A DNA stretch of 43,622 nucleotides from positions 1 to 43,622 of the forward strand of contig JAJZTU010000003.1 of NCBI GenBank assembly GCA_021848765.1. Direction: 5' to 3'. The notes under the pieces were generated by a model, which saw only the letters and a list, made by a program, of their open reading frames with translations, did not search any database and was not told where the DNA came from. This DNA is from Bacillota bacterium (GTDB lineage: Bacteria; Bacillota; GCA-003054495; Carboxydocellales; JAJZTU01). Below are positions 19,253 through 27,279 of the stretch, in pieces. Each line of letters starts with the position of its first letter. Positions within the stretch are counted from its first letter, which is position 1. The translations under genes and the position numbers were made by a program.

Positions 19253-20260
19253 CTATTTTAAGGCTTCTGCTATTTTCACAGCTAAGGCCACCGTTGCCCC
19301 GACCATCGGGTTATTGCCCATACCGATAAAACCCATCATATCTACGTGGGAAGGGACAGAACTTGAACCTGCAAATTGAGCATCACTGTGCATACGTCCC
19401 ATTGTATCGGTCATCCCGTACGAGGCCGGTCCTGCTGCAAGGTTATCGGGGTGCAAGGTTCTTCCTGTGCCACCACCGGAAGCTACAGAAAAGAAAGATT
19501 TACCGTTTTCAATACACCATTTCTTGTATGTCGCCACCACAGGATGCTGAAACCTGGTTGGGTTTGTTGAATTCCCGGTAATTGATAGATCTACCTGTTC
19601 AAGTTGCATAATTGCTATGCCTTCATCAATTGATTCAGCACCATAAATCCTTACATTTGCCCGTTTATCATTGGTAAACTTTTTTTCGTTAACAATATGT
19701 ACTTTCCCGGTTTTAAAGTCAAACTTGGTCTCTACAAAAGTAAAACCGGTCATTCTCCCTATAATATTGGCTGCATCCTTTCCCAAGCCGTTAAGAATGA
19801 CTTTTAACGGCTGCTTCCGCACTTGATCCGCATATTTTGTGATTCCTAATGCCCCCTCAGCGGCAGCAAAGGATTCGTGCCCGGCAACAAAGGCAAAAGT
19901 ACGGGTTTTTTCATCTAACAACATGCTGGCCAATCGCCCGTGTCCAAGTCCAACTTCTCTTTGTTCGGCCACTGATCCGGGAACGGTAAAAGCCTGAAGT
20001 CCTTCCCCAATTGATAGAGCGATCTCTTGAACATTGGCGGATGCTTTTTGTATTGCTATGGCTGCCCCCAATAGGTAAGCCCAGACGGCGTTATCGAAGG
20101 CAATTGGTTGTACACCCCTGACTAATTCTTCGATGTTAATACCCTTGCTAAGCAACAGTTCTCCGGCCTTTTGCAAATCATCCATTTGGTATTGTGCTAA
20201 GACAGCTTTGATTTTATCAATCCTACGTTCAATTCCTTCAAAATGAACCACTGTATTCAC
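19253..20260 (-). CDS. GGGtGRT-family protein (function unknown)
   Basis: Signature SGGGTGRTLHPDN, plus FVAGHESFAAAEGA and GRMHSDAQFAGSSSVP. Confidence 0.92.
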   Translation of the reverse strand: MNTVVHFEGIERRIDKIKAVLAQYQMDDLQKAGELLLSKGINIEELVRGVQPIAFDNAVWAYLLGAAIAIQKASANVQEIALSIGEGLQAFTVPGSVAEQREVGLGHGRLASMLLDEKTRTFAFVAGHESFAAAEGALGITKYADQVRKQPLKVILNGLGKDAANIIGRMTGFTFVETKFDFKTGKVHIVNEKKFTNDKRANVRIYGAESIDEGIAIMQLEQVDLSITGNSTNPTRFQHPVVATYKKWCIENGKSFFSVASGGGTGRTLHPDNLAAGPASYGMTDTMGRMHSDAQFAGSSSVPSHVDMMGFIGMGNNPMVGATVALAVKIAEALK

Positions 20261-20263
20261 CTC

Positions 20264-20947
20264 CTACTCGTTTCTAGGGTCTATAGTCCGAACAGCTTCC
20301 GAAAACCTGCCGTAAGTCCCCACTGTACTGTTGTATGCTTCGTCCGGGGAAACACCTTCACGGATTAAGTTCATCATTCTACCCAAATTAACAAATTTAT
20401 AGCCGATTATTTCATTTTGATTATCAAGTCCTAGTTTCAAAACATATCCTTCAGCGATTTCTAAATATCGTGGACCACCCTCCAGAGAACTATAAACAGT
20501 TCCAATATGGGAACGCTGATTTTTGCCTAGTTCTTCAACCCCTGCCCCGACAGGAAGTCCACCTTCGGAAAAAGCAGTCTGAGAGCGCCCGTAAACAATC
20601 TGTAGGAATAGCTCGCGCATTGCAACGTTAATAGCATCGCAAACAAGGTCTGTATTGAGAGCTTCCAAAATGGTCTTACCGGGCAGAATCTCACCGGCCA
20701 TTGCCGCAGATTGAGTCATTCCCGAGCAACCAATGGTTTCTACCAGGGCTTCCTGAATGATACCGGCCTTAATATTCAGAGTTAACTTACATGCCCCTTG
20801 CTGAGGAGCACAAGCTCCAACACCGTGGGTTAATCCATTAATTTCTTTAATTTCCTTAACCTTATCCCATTTTCCCTCTTGTGGTATAGGTGCCGGCCCG
20901 CGATTTGCACAGCTATGCACACAATACATCTTGCCTTGATTAGTCAT
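20264..20947 (-). CDS. IscU/NifU-like Fe-S scaffold-type protein (GGGtGRT partner)
   Basis: GACAPQQGACKL, ETIGCSGMT and DLVCDAIN give an IscU-like Cys spacing. Confidence 0.75.
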   Translation of the reverse strand: MTNQGKMYCVHSCANRGPAPIPQEGKWDKVKEIKEINGLTHGVGACAPQQGACKLTLNIKAGIIQEALVETIGCSGMTQSAAMAGEILPGKTILEALNTDLVCDAINVAMRELFLQIVYGRSQTAFSEGGLPVGAGVEELGKNQRSHIGTVYSSLEGGPRYLEIAEGYVLKLGLDNQNEIIGYKFVNLGRMMNLIREGVSPDEAYNSTVGTYGRFSEAVRTIDPRNE

Positions 20948-20973
20948 TATAACCCCTCTCTTTCGGAAAAAAT

Positions 20974-21004
20974 AAAAAAACTCCTACCAGTGATCCGGTA
21001 GGAG
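20974..21004 (-). terminator. Riboswitch expression-platform terminator
   Basis: CTCCTACC-GGATCACT-GGTAGGAG followed by T7. The 5' arm is the 3' end of the aptamer. Confidence 0.88.
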
Positions 21005-21050
21005 CTATCAGCTGTGAAAACAGCGGTTAAGGCGAGCCCCATCGCCTTTG
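20997..21050 (-). ncRNA. Fluoride riboswitch (crcB motif)
   Basis: GGCGATGGGGCTCGCC-TTAACC-GCTG-TTTTCA-CAGC-TGATAGCTCCTAC matches the crcB consensus, with pseudoknot GGGGCT/AGCTCC. Lies upstream of an operon containing crcB. Confidence 0.93.
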
Positions 21051-21067
21051 TCTTTATTTGTTTTATA

Positions 21068-21097
21068 TTTATTCTCTCTTTTTCCGTAATTTCCTTC
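21068..21097 (-). promoter_or_regulatory. Sigma-H-type promoter upstream of the fluoride riboswitch
   Basis: GAAGGAAATT ... AGAATAA, AGGA-N17-GAAT, placed so that transcription would start just before the aptamer. Confidence 0.5.
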
Positions 21098-21136
21098 TAT
21101 TCTTCTTGATTATTGAGAGCCTTTGGCAAAAAAAAT

Positions 21137-21493
21137 TCACGGTAACACTAACATCTGACTGGCTTCGGGTTTAACCATTTTAAACTTGCTGGTAGCTACT
21201 TTTTCCAACGTCTCTAGCTTCAAGGCCTTATGTACAGTTAGAGCCATACGCTCGTTTTCCATGCGTAGAGCGGCTTCTGTTTCCCTAAGCCCGGCCAGTT
21301 GTTCGCTGGCTAAGCTAATCCGCAGGTTAAGGGCAATATGGCCGGCGCCGAAAAGTAAGAGCATAGCAGCAGTAATTAGTAATATTCCAAATCTGTTTAT
21401 CTCCCTCGGAACATCCTCGTTAAGTAGGGCTGTAGTGGAGTAAACCGTTTTGCCATCCCATTTGTGGTCCAGATACCCTCTTGCAGTAATCAT
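21137..21493 (-). CDS. FtsL/DivIC-like single-TM coiled-coil protein
   Basis: One TM segment, heptad LRETEAALRMENERMAL and C-terminal LEKVATSKFKMVKP. ATG follows GGAGG. Confidence 0.65.
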   Translation of the reverse strand: MITARGYLDHKWDGKTVYSTTALLNEDVPREINRFGILLITAAMLLLFGAGHIALNLRISLASEQLAGLRETEAALRMENERMALTVHKALKLETLEKVATSKFKMVKPEASQMLVLP

Positions 21494-21512
21494 CCCCATT
21501 CCTCCTCGTAAG

Positions 21513-21845
21513 CTAGTGGTTTCCCTGGTCCGGTGCAAAATAGGCGCTAAGTTCTTTGAGCATATCCTGATTAACCCAGCACCGGACCCAGGGGCCGGTT
21601 TTTTTTACATTAATTAGCCCTGCCCGCCGTAATTCCTTAAGATGCTCCGAAACAGTGGACGGAGATAATTCAAAAATTCTTGCCAGTTCGGTGACCCCCT
21701 GTCCCTCTTCCGGCCTGGCTGAATTTCCCCGGGACTCCGGAGTCTCGGAAGCACTGCCCTCATGACGGAGGTGCTGAAATATTTCCAGGCGGTTTTTATT
21801 GGCCAGAGCCTTAAGCACCTCTACCCAATTAACCAATTTACCCAC
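21513..21845 (-). CDS. ArsR/SmtB-family transcriptional regulator
   Basis: KALANKNRLEI and VTELARIFELSPSTVSEHLKELRRAGLI motifs. Confidence 0.92.
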   Translation of the reverse strand: MGKLVNWVEVLKALANKNRLEIFQHLRHEGSASETPESRGNSARPEEGQGVTELARIFELSPSTVSEHLKELRRAGLINVKKTGPWVRCWVNQDMLKELSAYFAPDQGNH

Positions 21846-21849
21846 TCCA

Positions 21850-21914
21850 TTCGGTAATTCGTGAAATAACGAAATAACTAATTACATCATACTATTTTTT
21901 GATTTATCCGGCAA
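21850..21914 (-). promoter_or_regulatory. Sigma-A promoter and ArsR-type operator
   Basis: TTGCCG-N17-TATGAT (21886-21914) followed by an 11-2-11 inverted repeat TTCGGTAATTC-GT-GAAATAACGAA (21850-21873). Confidence 0.65.
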
Positions 21915-22056
21915 TAGGTTAGCCAATATTTTACCCTTCTTACTTTTGTTATTTACTTTTTCAGCTAATTGTATTATTATAATTACATAATATTTTCGCT
22001 TCTAATATATTTTGCGAAAAGCACGTGACGATCTAAGCTTGAAAGGGTGGGGAGAC

Positions 22057-22719
22057 ATGCGCCAGAATGTTACTTTTAAGGATTATGCCATTGTTGCTTG
22101 TGGAACTATGATTCCAGAGTTAAATTATCTTAAGGCCAACGGCTTTTTAGATGCCAAAATAATTTTATATACCACACCTGGTTTACATCAAGTGCCTTCT
22201 GAATTAGAAAAACAACTGCTTAAGCAGTTAAGTGCGGCGAAAGAACATACTAAAAAGATAATCATTGTATACGGGGGTACCTATTGTTATATCAACATGA
22301 AAGATCCTTATAGAACAATCGATACAGTGATAGACGAAATGAAAGCAGACGGCTTCTACATTTCAAGAACAATGGTGCATAATTGTATAGATATGGTTGC
22401 TTCAGCAGAGGAAAGGGACCAAATTGCCAATGGTAATAAAATTTGGTTCTGCACCCCGGGATGGCTTAAATACCGTGACCTTGAATTTAAGGGATGGGAT
22501 AAGGCCACTGCCAACGAAAATTTTCCACAGTACTCCGGAGGAGCAACTATGTTAGACCCTATTGGTTTTTTCGACCAGTACATGGAAGAAAATCCGGAAG
22601 ATATCTTGGAGTTCTCGGATTGGATGGGGATACCGCTGGAGGCTTACAATGTTTCTTTAGACCGCATAAAAAATATTCTCATCGCTGCAATGGACGAAGG
22701 GGACAGACCCAAACTATAG
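22057..22719 (+). CDS. DUF1638-like protein
   Basis: IVACG..PEL, GLH.VP.EL..QL, YGG.YC, NCIDM and TPGW pattern. ATG follows GGGAG. The only intact plus-strand gene in the window. Confidence 0.7.
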   Translation: MRQNVTFKDYAIVACGTMIPELNYLKANGFLDAKIILYTTPGLHQVPSELEKQLLKQLSAAKEHTKKIIIVYGGTYCYINMKDPYRTIDTVIDEMKADGFYISRTMVHNCIDMVASAEERDQIANGNKIWFCTPGWLKYRDLEFKGWDKATANENFPQYSGGATMLDPIGFFDQYMEENPEDILEFSDWMGIPLEAYNVSLDRIKNILIAAMDEGDRPKL

Positions 22720-22740
22720 AAATGTTGTCAATAAAAGGAA

Positions 22741-22769
22741 AAGACCTACTGCCAACTGCAGTAGGTCTT
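22741..22769. terminator. Probably bidirectional terminator
   Basis: AAGACCTACTGC-CAACT-GCAGTAGGTCTT 12-bp stem between convergent genes. Confidence 0.8.
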
Positions 22770-22874
22770 ATGTATTCCACCCAACTTTCATCAATCGGAT
22801 AGGGTAAGGTACTATAGGTTTAAGAGTTAATTAGCGAGCCGTAAACCTTGAATCCGAGCAAACCTAGCTCCCGG

Positions 22875-23369
22875 CTATTTTACCGGGTAGACGGCAACCG
22901 GCTCGGGCCACTCGAAGTCAGGAGGCGGGTTATATATCTCAGCAATTAACCCCAGGGCCTGCTGGGTACTAAGGTACGTGGCAGTAAAACCGTTCCAGAT
23001 ACCACCCTGGAGGATGCTGTGCCCCTTCCCGCGGAAGAAAGCCATTGCTTGGTCGTAGTTTTCAGTCCCAAAGGCAACGTGGTGCAGCCCCTCACCGTGC
23101 TGCTTCAGAAACTCTGCATAGATGCTCTTGTCGTCCTTCGGCTCAATTAACTCCAACTGTACTCCTCCGATGTCGGCCAGGGCTGCCCGCATGGACCATT
23201 CTTGGGGCTTATCGTGGAGAATCATGTTGTCCAAAGTGTCAGGGTTGAAATCGTAGATGGCCCACGGTCCAATGCCGTATTCATCGGCATATCTTTTGAC
23301 CGAGGCATCCATATCCCTGACCACGACCGCCACCTGCAGTATGCTTGTAAATATTGGCTTTTCAGGCAT
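22875..23369 (-). CDS. VOC-family protein (methylmalonyl-CoA epimerase/glyoxalase-like)
   Basis: QVAVVVRD, QLELIEP and HGEGLHHVAF motifs. Confidence 0.88.
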   Translation of the reverse strand: MPEKPIFTSILQVAVVVRDMDASVKRYADEYGIGPWAIYDFNPDTLDNMILHDKPQEWSMRAALADIGGVQLELIEPKDDKSIYAEFLKQHGEGLHHVAFGTENYDQAMAFFRGKGHSILQGGIWNGFTATYLSTQQALGLIAEIYNPPPDFEWPEPVAVYPVK

Positions 23370-23389
23370 TTTATTACCCCCTTCGATCT

Positions 23390-24202
23390 TTAATAAGCTA
23401 TGGAACTCCTAACCAATGGCCCGGACCATACCTTTTGAAAACCCAGGTCTAAGGCTGACAGACGGTACTTTTCAAACATTTCCGGGGTCAAGTATTCCGC
23501 AACAGGAAGGTGGGCAATCGTTGGCTGAAGATACTGGCCAAGGGTCAGCATGTTACACCCTGCCTGGAGCAGATCTTTCATGGCAGCCAGAACCTCGCTT
23601 TCCTGTTCACCCAGGCCCAGCATTATCCCTGCTTTGATTCGTAGATTAGCTGAAAACCCAGCTGCCTTTTCTATAACTCTGAGTGACCTTTGATAACAGG
23701 CTCCGGGGCGAACCGAAGGGTATAACCGGGGCACTGTTTCCAGGTTATGGGCGAAAATATCCGGCCTTGCCTCCAATACCACAGCCAGACTTGGCTCCGA
23801 TCCTTGAAAATCCGGGATCAGAACTTCTACCGCTTCGATGCCCCCGGCCTTTAACAACCTCACGGTCTGGGCAAAATAACCTGCCCCACCGTCTTCCAGG
23901 TCATCCCTGGTTACTGAAGTAATAACCACTCTTTTCAGACCCAACTTCCGGGCGGCACCGGTAACCCGGAATGGTTCCGCCGGGTCGGGCGGTAACGGTT
24001 TTCCCTTATCCACCGCGCAAAAAGCACAGCTTCTGGTACAGACCGTCCCCAGAATTAAAAACGTAGCCGTCCCGCGGGAAAAACAGCCTCCGACATTGGG
24101 ACAATTGCTCTCCAGGCAAATGGTGTTCACTTTGGCCCGGGCCAGACTTTCCACTGTCGCCTGGTGTTGCGGCAGGGAGGTAACAATTTTTAGTCTGCTC
24201 AT
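23390..24202 (-). CDS. lipA: Lipoyl synthase
   Basis: CLESNCPNVGGC (CX4CX5C), CTRSCAFC radical-SAM motif, GQYLQP and C-terminal LVRSS. Confidence 0.92.
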   Translation of the reverse strand: MSRLKIVTSLPQHQATVESLARAKVNTICLESNCPNVGGCFSRGTATFLILGTVCTRSCAFCAVDKGKPLPPDPAEPFRVTGAARKLGLKRVVITSVTRDDLEDGGAGYFAQTVRLLKAGGIEAVEVLIPDFQGSEPSLAVVLEARPDIFAHNLETVPRLYPSVRPGACYQRSLRVIEKAAGFSANLRIKAGIMLGLGEQESEVLAAMKDLLQAGCNMLTLGQYLQPTIAHLPVAEYLTPEMFEKYRLSALDLGFQKVWSGPLVRSSIAY

Positions 24203-24547
24203 TGCAGGTTCATTGCCTTTTCCATGAACCGGTCCACTTCATTCATGAAGAAAAAGCCACCATCCAGCTTGAATGCTGCCCCGGTAATAAACCCGCTGGC
24301 AGGGGAAGCCAGTAAACCTGCTACCCGGGCAATTTCCCCTGGCTCCCCCACTCTGCCTACCGGTGTCTGAGCAGCAAAGTCCTGCTCACCCATCTCCAGG
24401 AAAGGCCTGGTCAGGTCGGTGCGGATGAGGCCGGGCTGCAGGGCATTGGCCGTAATCCCGAATTGTCCCAACTCCTTGGCAACGGTATAGGTGATTCCTA
24501 AAATAGCGGCCTTGGCAGCGGCATAGTGAATGTGTCCCGAAAGACCC
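24199..24547 (-). pseudogene. SDR oxidoreductase, C-terminal half only
   Basis: YAAAK catalytic motif, NALQPG.I.TD and ITGAAFKLDGG are present. The N-terminal TGxxxGIG Rossmann motif is absent. Confidence 0.8.
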
Positions 24548-24554
24548 CTCCTTT

Positions 24555-24767
24555 TCATTCTTGCATCCTTGCGCTCCATGAAAATTCGAGGTCTTCCGAA
24601 TTAAGTTCCGCTCCATTGCCGCCTTTTTTATATAATGCTCTTCCCGCTTCTTTTGCCCAGATACTGTACCCGAAGACCCTTACAAAGACCAGGATAGCCG
24701 CTTTGGCCACCTTCTGAAAATCAGGTGTGTATGCTAATTCTTTCTCCATGGGTACTCTCAGGCTCAT
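24555..24767 (-). pseudogene. Short remnant ORF, possibly fused E1-subunit fragments
   Basis: ATG overlaps the acoC stop. RVPMEKELAYTP..QKVAKAA loosely recalls an E1-beta C-terminus. Confidence 0.3.
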
Positions 24768-25927
24768 TCTAACAACTCCCTCACAAAACGTGCTACTTCC
24801 TGGTTAAACCGGTCTGCCTGCTCGATGTGGGGACAATGACCACAACCTTCATAAGCTGTCAAACTGCCCTTTGGCAGCAACCCGGCTACTTTAACCCCCT
24901 GGCTTAACGGTGTAATCCGGTCCTCCGCCCCCCAGATCACTAAAGTCGGCAAGCTGATTTGCGCCAATTCCTTGCTGACGTCGATTTTCTGGCCTTCATC
25001 ACCAAGCTGGTTTTCAACAGCCGATTTGAGGGCTTCATATGCCCCCGGGCGCTGGCGATACCGGTAAAGTTCCTCGATGGTCCCCGGAAAAACAAATTTG
25101 GGGTCATGAAAGAGCAGTCCAAGCAGCTTGCTGATACCTTCCCTGCTAACAGAGTCAAGTACTGCCGGCCTCAGTTCGGGTGTGACCTCTTGACCCAGTC
25201 CGGCACAGTCTTCCAAAACCAGACCACTCACTTTTCCCGGAAAATGCCGGGCAAAAGCTACCGCAATCGCCCCGCCTAAAGAGTTGCCCACAATGACACA
25301 GCGGTCGATACCCAGATAATCCAGGAAATCCCCCAAAAACCCGGTGTAAAATTCCAGGGTATACCCGGTCGCCAGGCTGTCGCTTAGTCCCGCCCCCGGT
25401 AAATCCGGGGCCAGTACGCGAAAATAGTTTGCTAAATAGTGGAGATTAGGCTGCCAGGCCGAACCGGATGCTCCCAGACCATGCAGGAGAACAAGCGGAA
25501 AACCTTGACCTAAATCCAGGTAATGAGTCAGGCAATCGCCTACAGGGATAAACCGGCTTCCCGGCCAGCCGGTTTGCAGGGCCAGGTAGTCGAATAAATC
25601 TTCCAGGACGATTCTGCCTCCGGTTCCGGACCCGGAAATTTGGGTGAGGTCAATCCCCCGCTTTTTGGCCAAACTCCTGGCGGCAGGCGTGACTGCTTTA
25701 TTACCGGAAACCCCTGCGGATTGCTCCCGGGTTTCACTACTCCCCGGGGGTCCCTGACGCCCTAAACCCGGCGCTCCTGAGGTTTGGCTGCTTTCCGGGG
25801 CGGCGCCCAGTTTACCGTCCCATTTCTCGTCCACTGCAGTGATTACTGCAATGGGCGCACTCACCGGGGCTGCTTCCCCTTCCGGTACCAGAACCTTCCT
25901 GACAATTCCGGATACCGGAGCTTCAAC
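24764..25927 (-). pseudogene. acoC: AcoC-type acetoin dehydrogenase E2 (lipoyl / E3-binding / alpha-beta hydrolase), 5'-truncated
   Basis: The frame extends upstream of the annotated GTG as VEAPVSGIVRKVLVPEGEAAPV (second half of a lipoyl domain, lipoyl-Lys missing). TPAARSLAKKRGIDL..SGSGTGGRI E3-binding domain and GNSLGG hydrolase motif. Confidence 0.82.
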
Positions 25928-25929
25928 CA

Positions 25930-26112
25930 GAGGTGTTGGTTTTAGTGCTAAAAGGCTGCACCAATCAAGAAATCGCCAATGACTTGTTCATCACTACCCA
26001 CACTGTAAAAACCCATTTGCAAAATATCTTTAAAAAAATGGGGGTCAGCAACAGAACCGGGCTTTGTCATAAGGTGGATTTGATAAAAAGACACAACCGG
26101 GAGCAGCTATGA
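25930..26112 (+). pseudogene. LuxR-type HTH C-terminal fragment
   Basis: Manual translation gives EVLVLVLKGCTNQEIANDLFITTHTVKTHLQNIFKKMGVSNRT...*. No N-terminal domain or RBS. Confidence 0.85.
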
Positions 26113-26163
26113 TACCACATGCCCACAAGAATGGTAAGCAGAGAAAGCAAGACAAGATAAAGC

Positions 26164-26190
26164 AAAAACGCCCGAAATTATCGGACGTTT
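26164..26190. terminator. Intrinsic terminator after the toxin gene
   Basis: AAACGTCCGA-5-TCGGGCGTTT followed by TT on the minus strand. Confidence 0.65.
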
Positions 26191-26203
26191 AATTAACCAT
26201 CAA

Positions 26204-26521
26204 CTATTTATCTGTTCTTTTCTGCGCAATGAGGTAAACCTCGTCATCTGCTCTTGCGGATATTACAACAACCTTCATTACATCATTTTCCCTTACCAGC
26301 TTGTATACCACTCTCAAGCCAAGTTTTTTTAGCTTTATTTTAAGATATCCAGCCAGTTTTGTGTTGTTTCTGTTGCCGAGAGGTTTACCGTATCCGCCTT
26401 CTGTCTGCGGCAAAGGGTTGCTTGATACCTTATCAATCGCTTTAAGCACCTGTAAACGCTGGCTGTAATCAAGCCGTTTTAAATCCTCCACTGCTTCTTT
26501 TAAATATTCCACCTGCCACAT
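26204..26521 (-). CDS. Type II TA toxin, RelE/ParE family
   Basis: W.VEYLKEAVEDLKRLD, YGKPL and GLRVVY motifs; 105 aa, downstream of the antitoxin. Confidence 0.9.
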   Translation of the reverse strand: MWQVEYLKEAVEDLKRLDYSQRLQVLKAIDKVSSNPLPQTEGGYGKPLGNRNNTKLAGYLKIKLKKLGLRVVYKLVRENDVMKVVVISARADDEVYLIAQKRTDK

Positions 26522-26524
26522 TTG

Positions 26525-26854
26525 TTATTCAAGCTCCACATCTGCATTATCAAAGTCTGCTTTGTTTATACCCAGCTCAGACAATAGTTTATCTTGCGGG
26601 ATGAAGTCCTCCGGTTTTGCGTTTTCCATACGTTTTTCGGCTTCCAGAAGCAAACGGTATTCCTCTATGATTTCAAGCATTTGTTCATACACCTCGGGCG
26701 TTAAGAGCACGCACGTTGGCGTGTTGTTTTTCAACACAACCTTAAACCCAGCTTCCTTAACTTCGTCGAATATTTTATTAGCCTCACCTTTGTTAAATCG
26801 GGATATTGGTACCAGAGAATTCATAATGCTACTTACAGAAATGTTTTCCAGCAT
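26525..26854 (-). CDS. Type II TA antitoxin, Phd/YefM family
   Basis: VPISRFNKG.A.KIFDEV and VVLKNNTPTCVLL motifs, acidic C-terminus. Confidence 0.9.
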   Translation of the reverse strand: MLENISVSSIMNSLVPISRFNKGEANKIFDEVKEAGFKVVLKNNTPTCVLLTPEVYEQMLEIIEEYRLLLEAEKRMENAKPEDFIPQDKLLSELGINKADFDNADVELE

Positions 26855-26907
26855 ATTATCAGACCCTTTCTTTCACGATTAACTGTGCAAAACACTCGTC
26901 TGATAAT

Positions 26908-26955
26908 ATTATATGCCGCATCTATAAATTTATCAATATATTTATTAATGGTTTT
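26908..26955 (-). promoter_or_regulatory. Sigma-A promoter of the TA operon with overlapping 12-bp repeats
   Basis: TTGATA-N17-TATAAT (26908-26936). Repeats ATCTATAAATTT / ATCAATATATTT / ATTAATGGTTTT are possible autorepression sites. Confidence 0.65.
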
Positions 26956-27185
26956 ATTTTTTCTATAATATAGCGGGCCATCGCCCTGAATCTCGATTGC
27001 TTCATTCACGATGTCATCTACTGCTGTCTCAAGACTGTGCGAAAATAATACCAAAGCCCTCATACCTTTGCTTTGAAGCAGTCACATCGGCATATAGGGC
27101 AATAACCACCTCCCTACCCCAGTTGTAGATTCTTAAGAAAAGCCAGAAACTTTCCCCGGAATAACCGTGACATAACTTTGACCGG

Positions 27186-27224
27186 AAAACAGAAAGAGGT
27201 AGTCAGAATGAACTACCTCCTTCT
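27186..27224 (-). terminator. Terminator after the formate dehydrogenase operon
   Basis: GAGGTAGT-8-ACTACCTC stem with T-rich tails. Confidence 0.7.
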
Positions 27225-27279
27225 ATTTGTCAACAGCCCCCTTTATAACAGATATATTTTCCGGTACCCTAAACCTTGG

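Noticed and set aside
26833-27063. 76-aa minus-strand ORF upstream of the antitoxin
   Set aside because: Runs through the TA promoter, has no good RBS and no recognisable motif.
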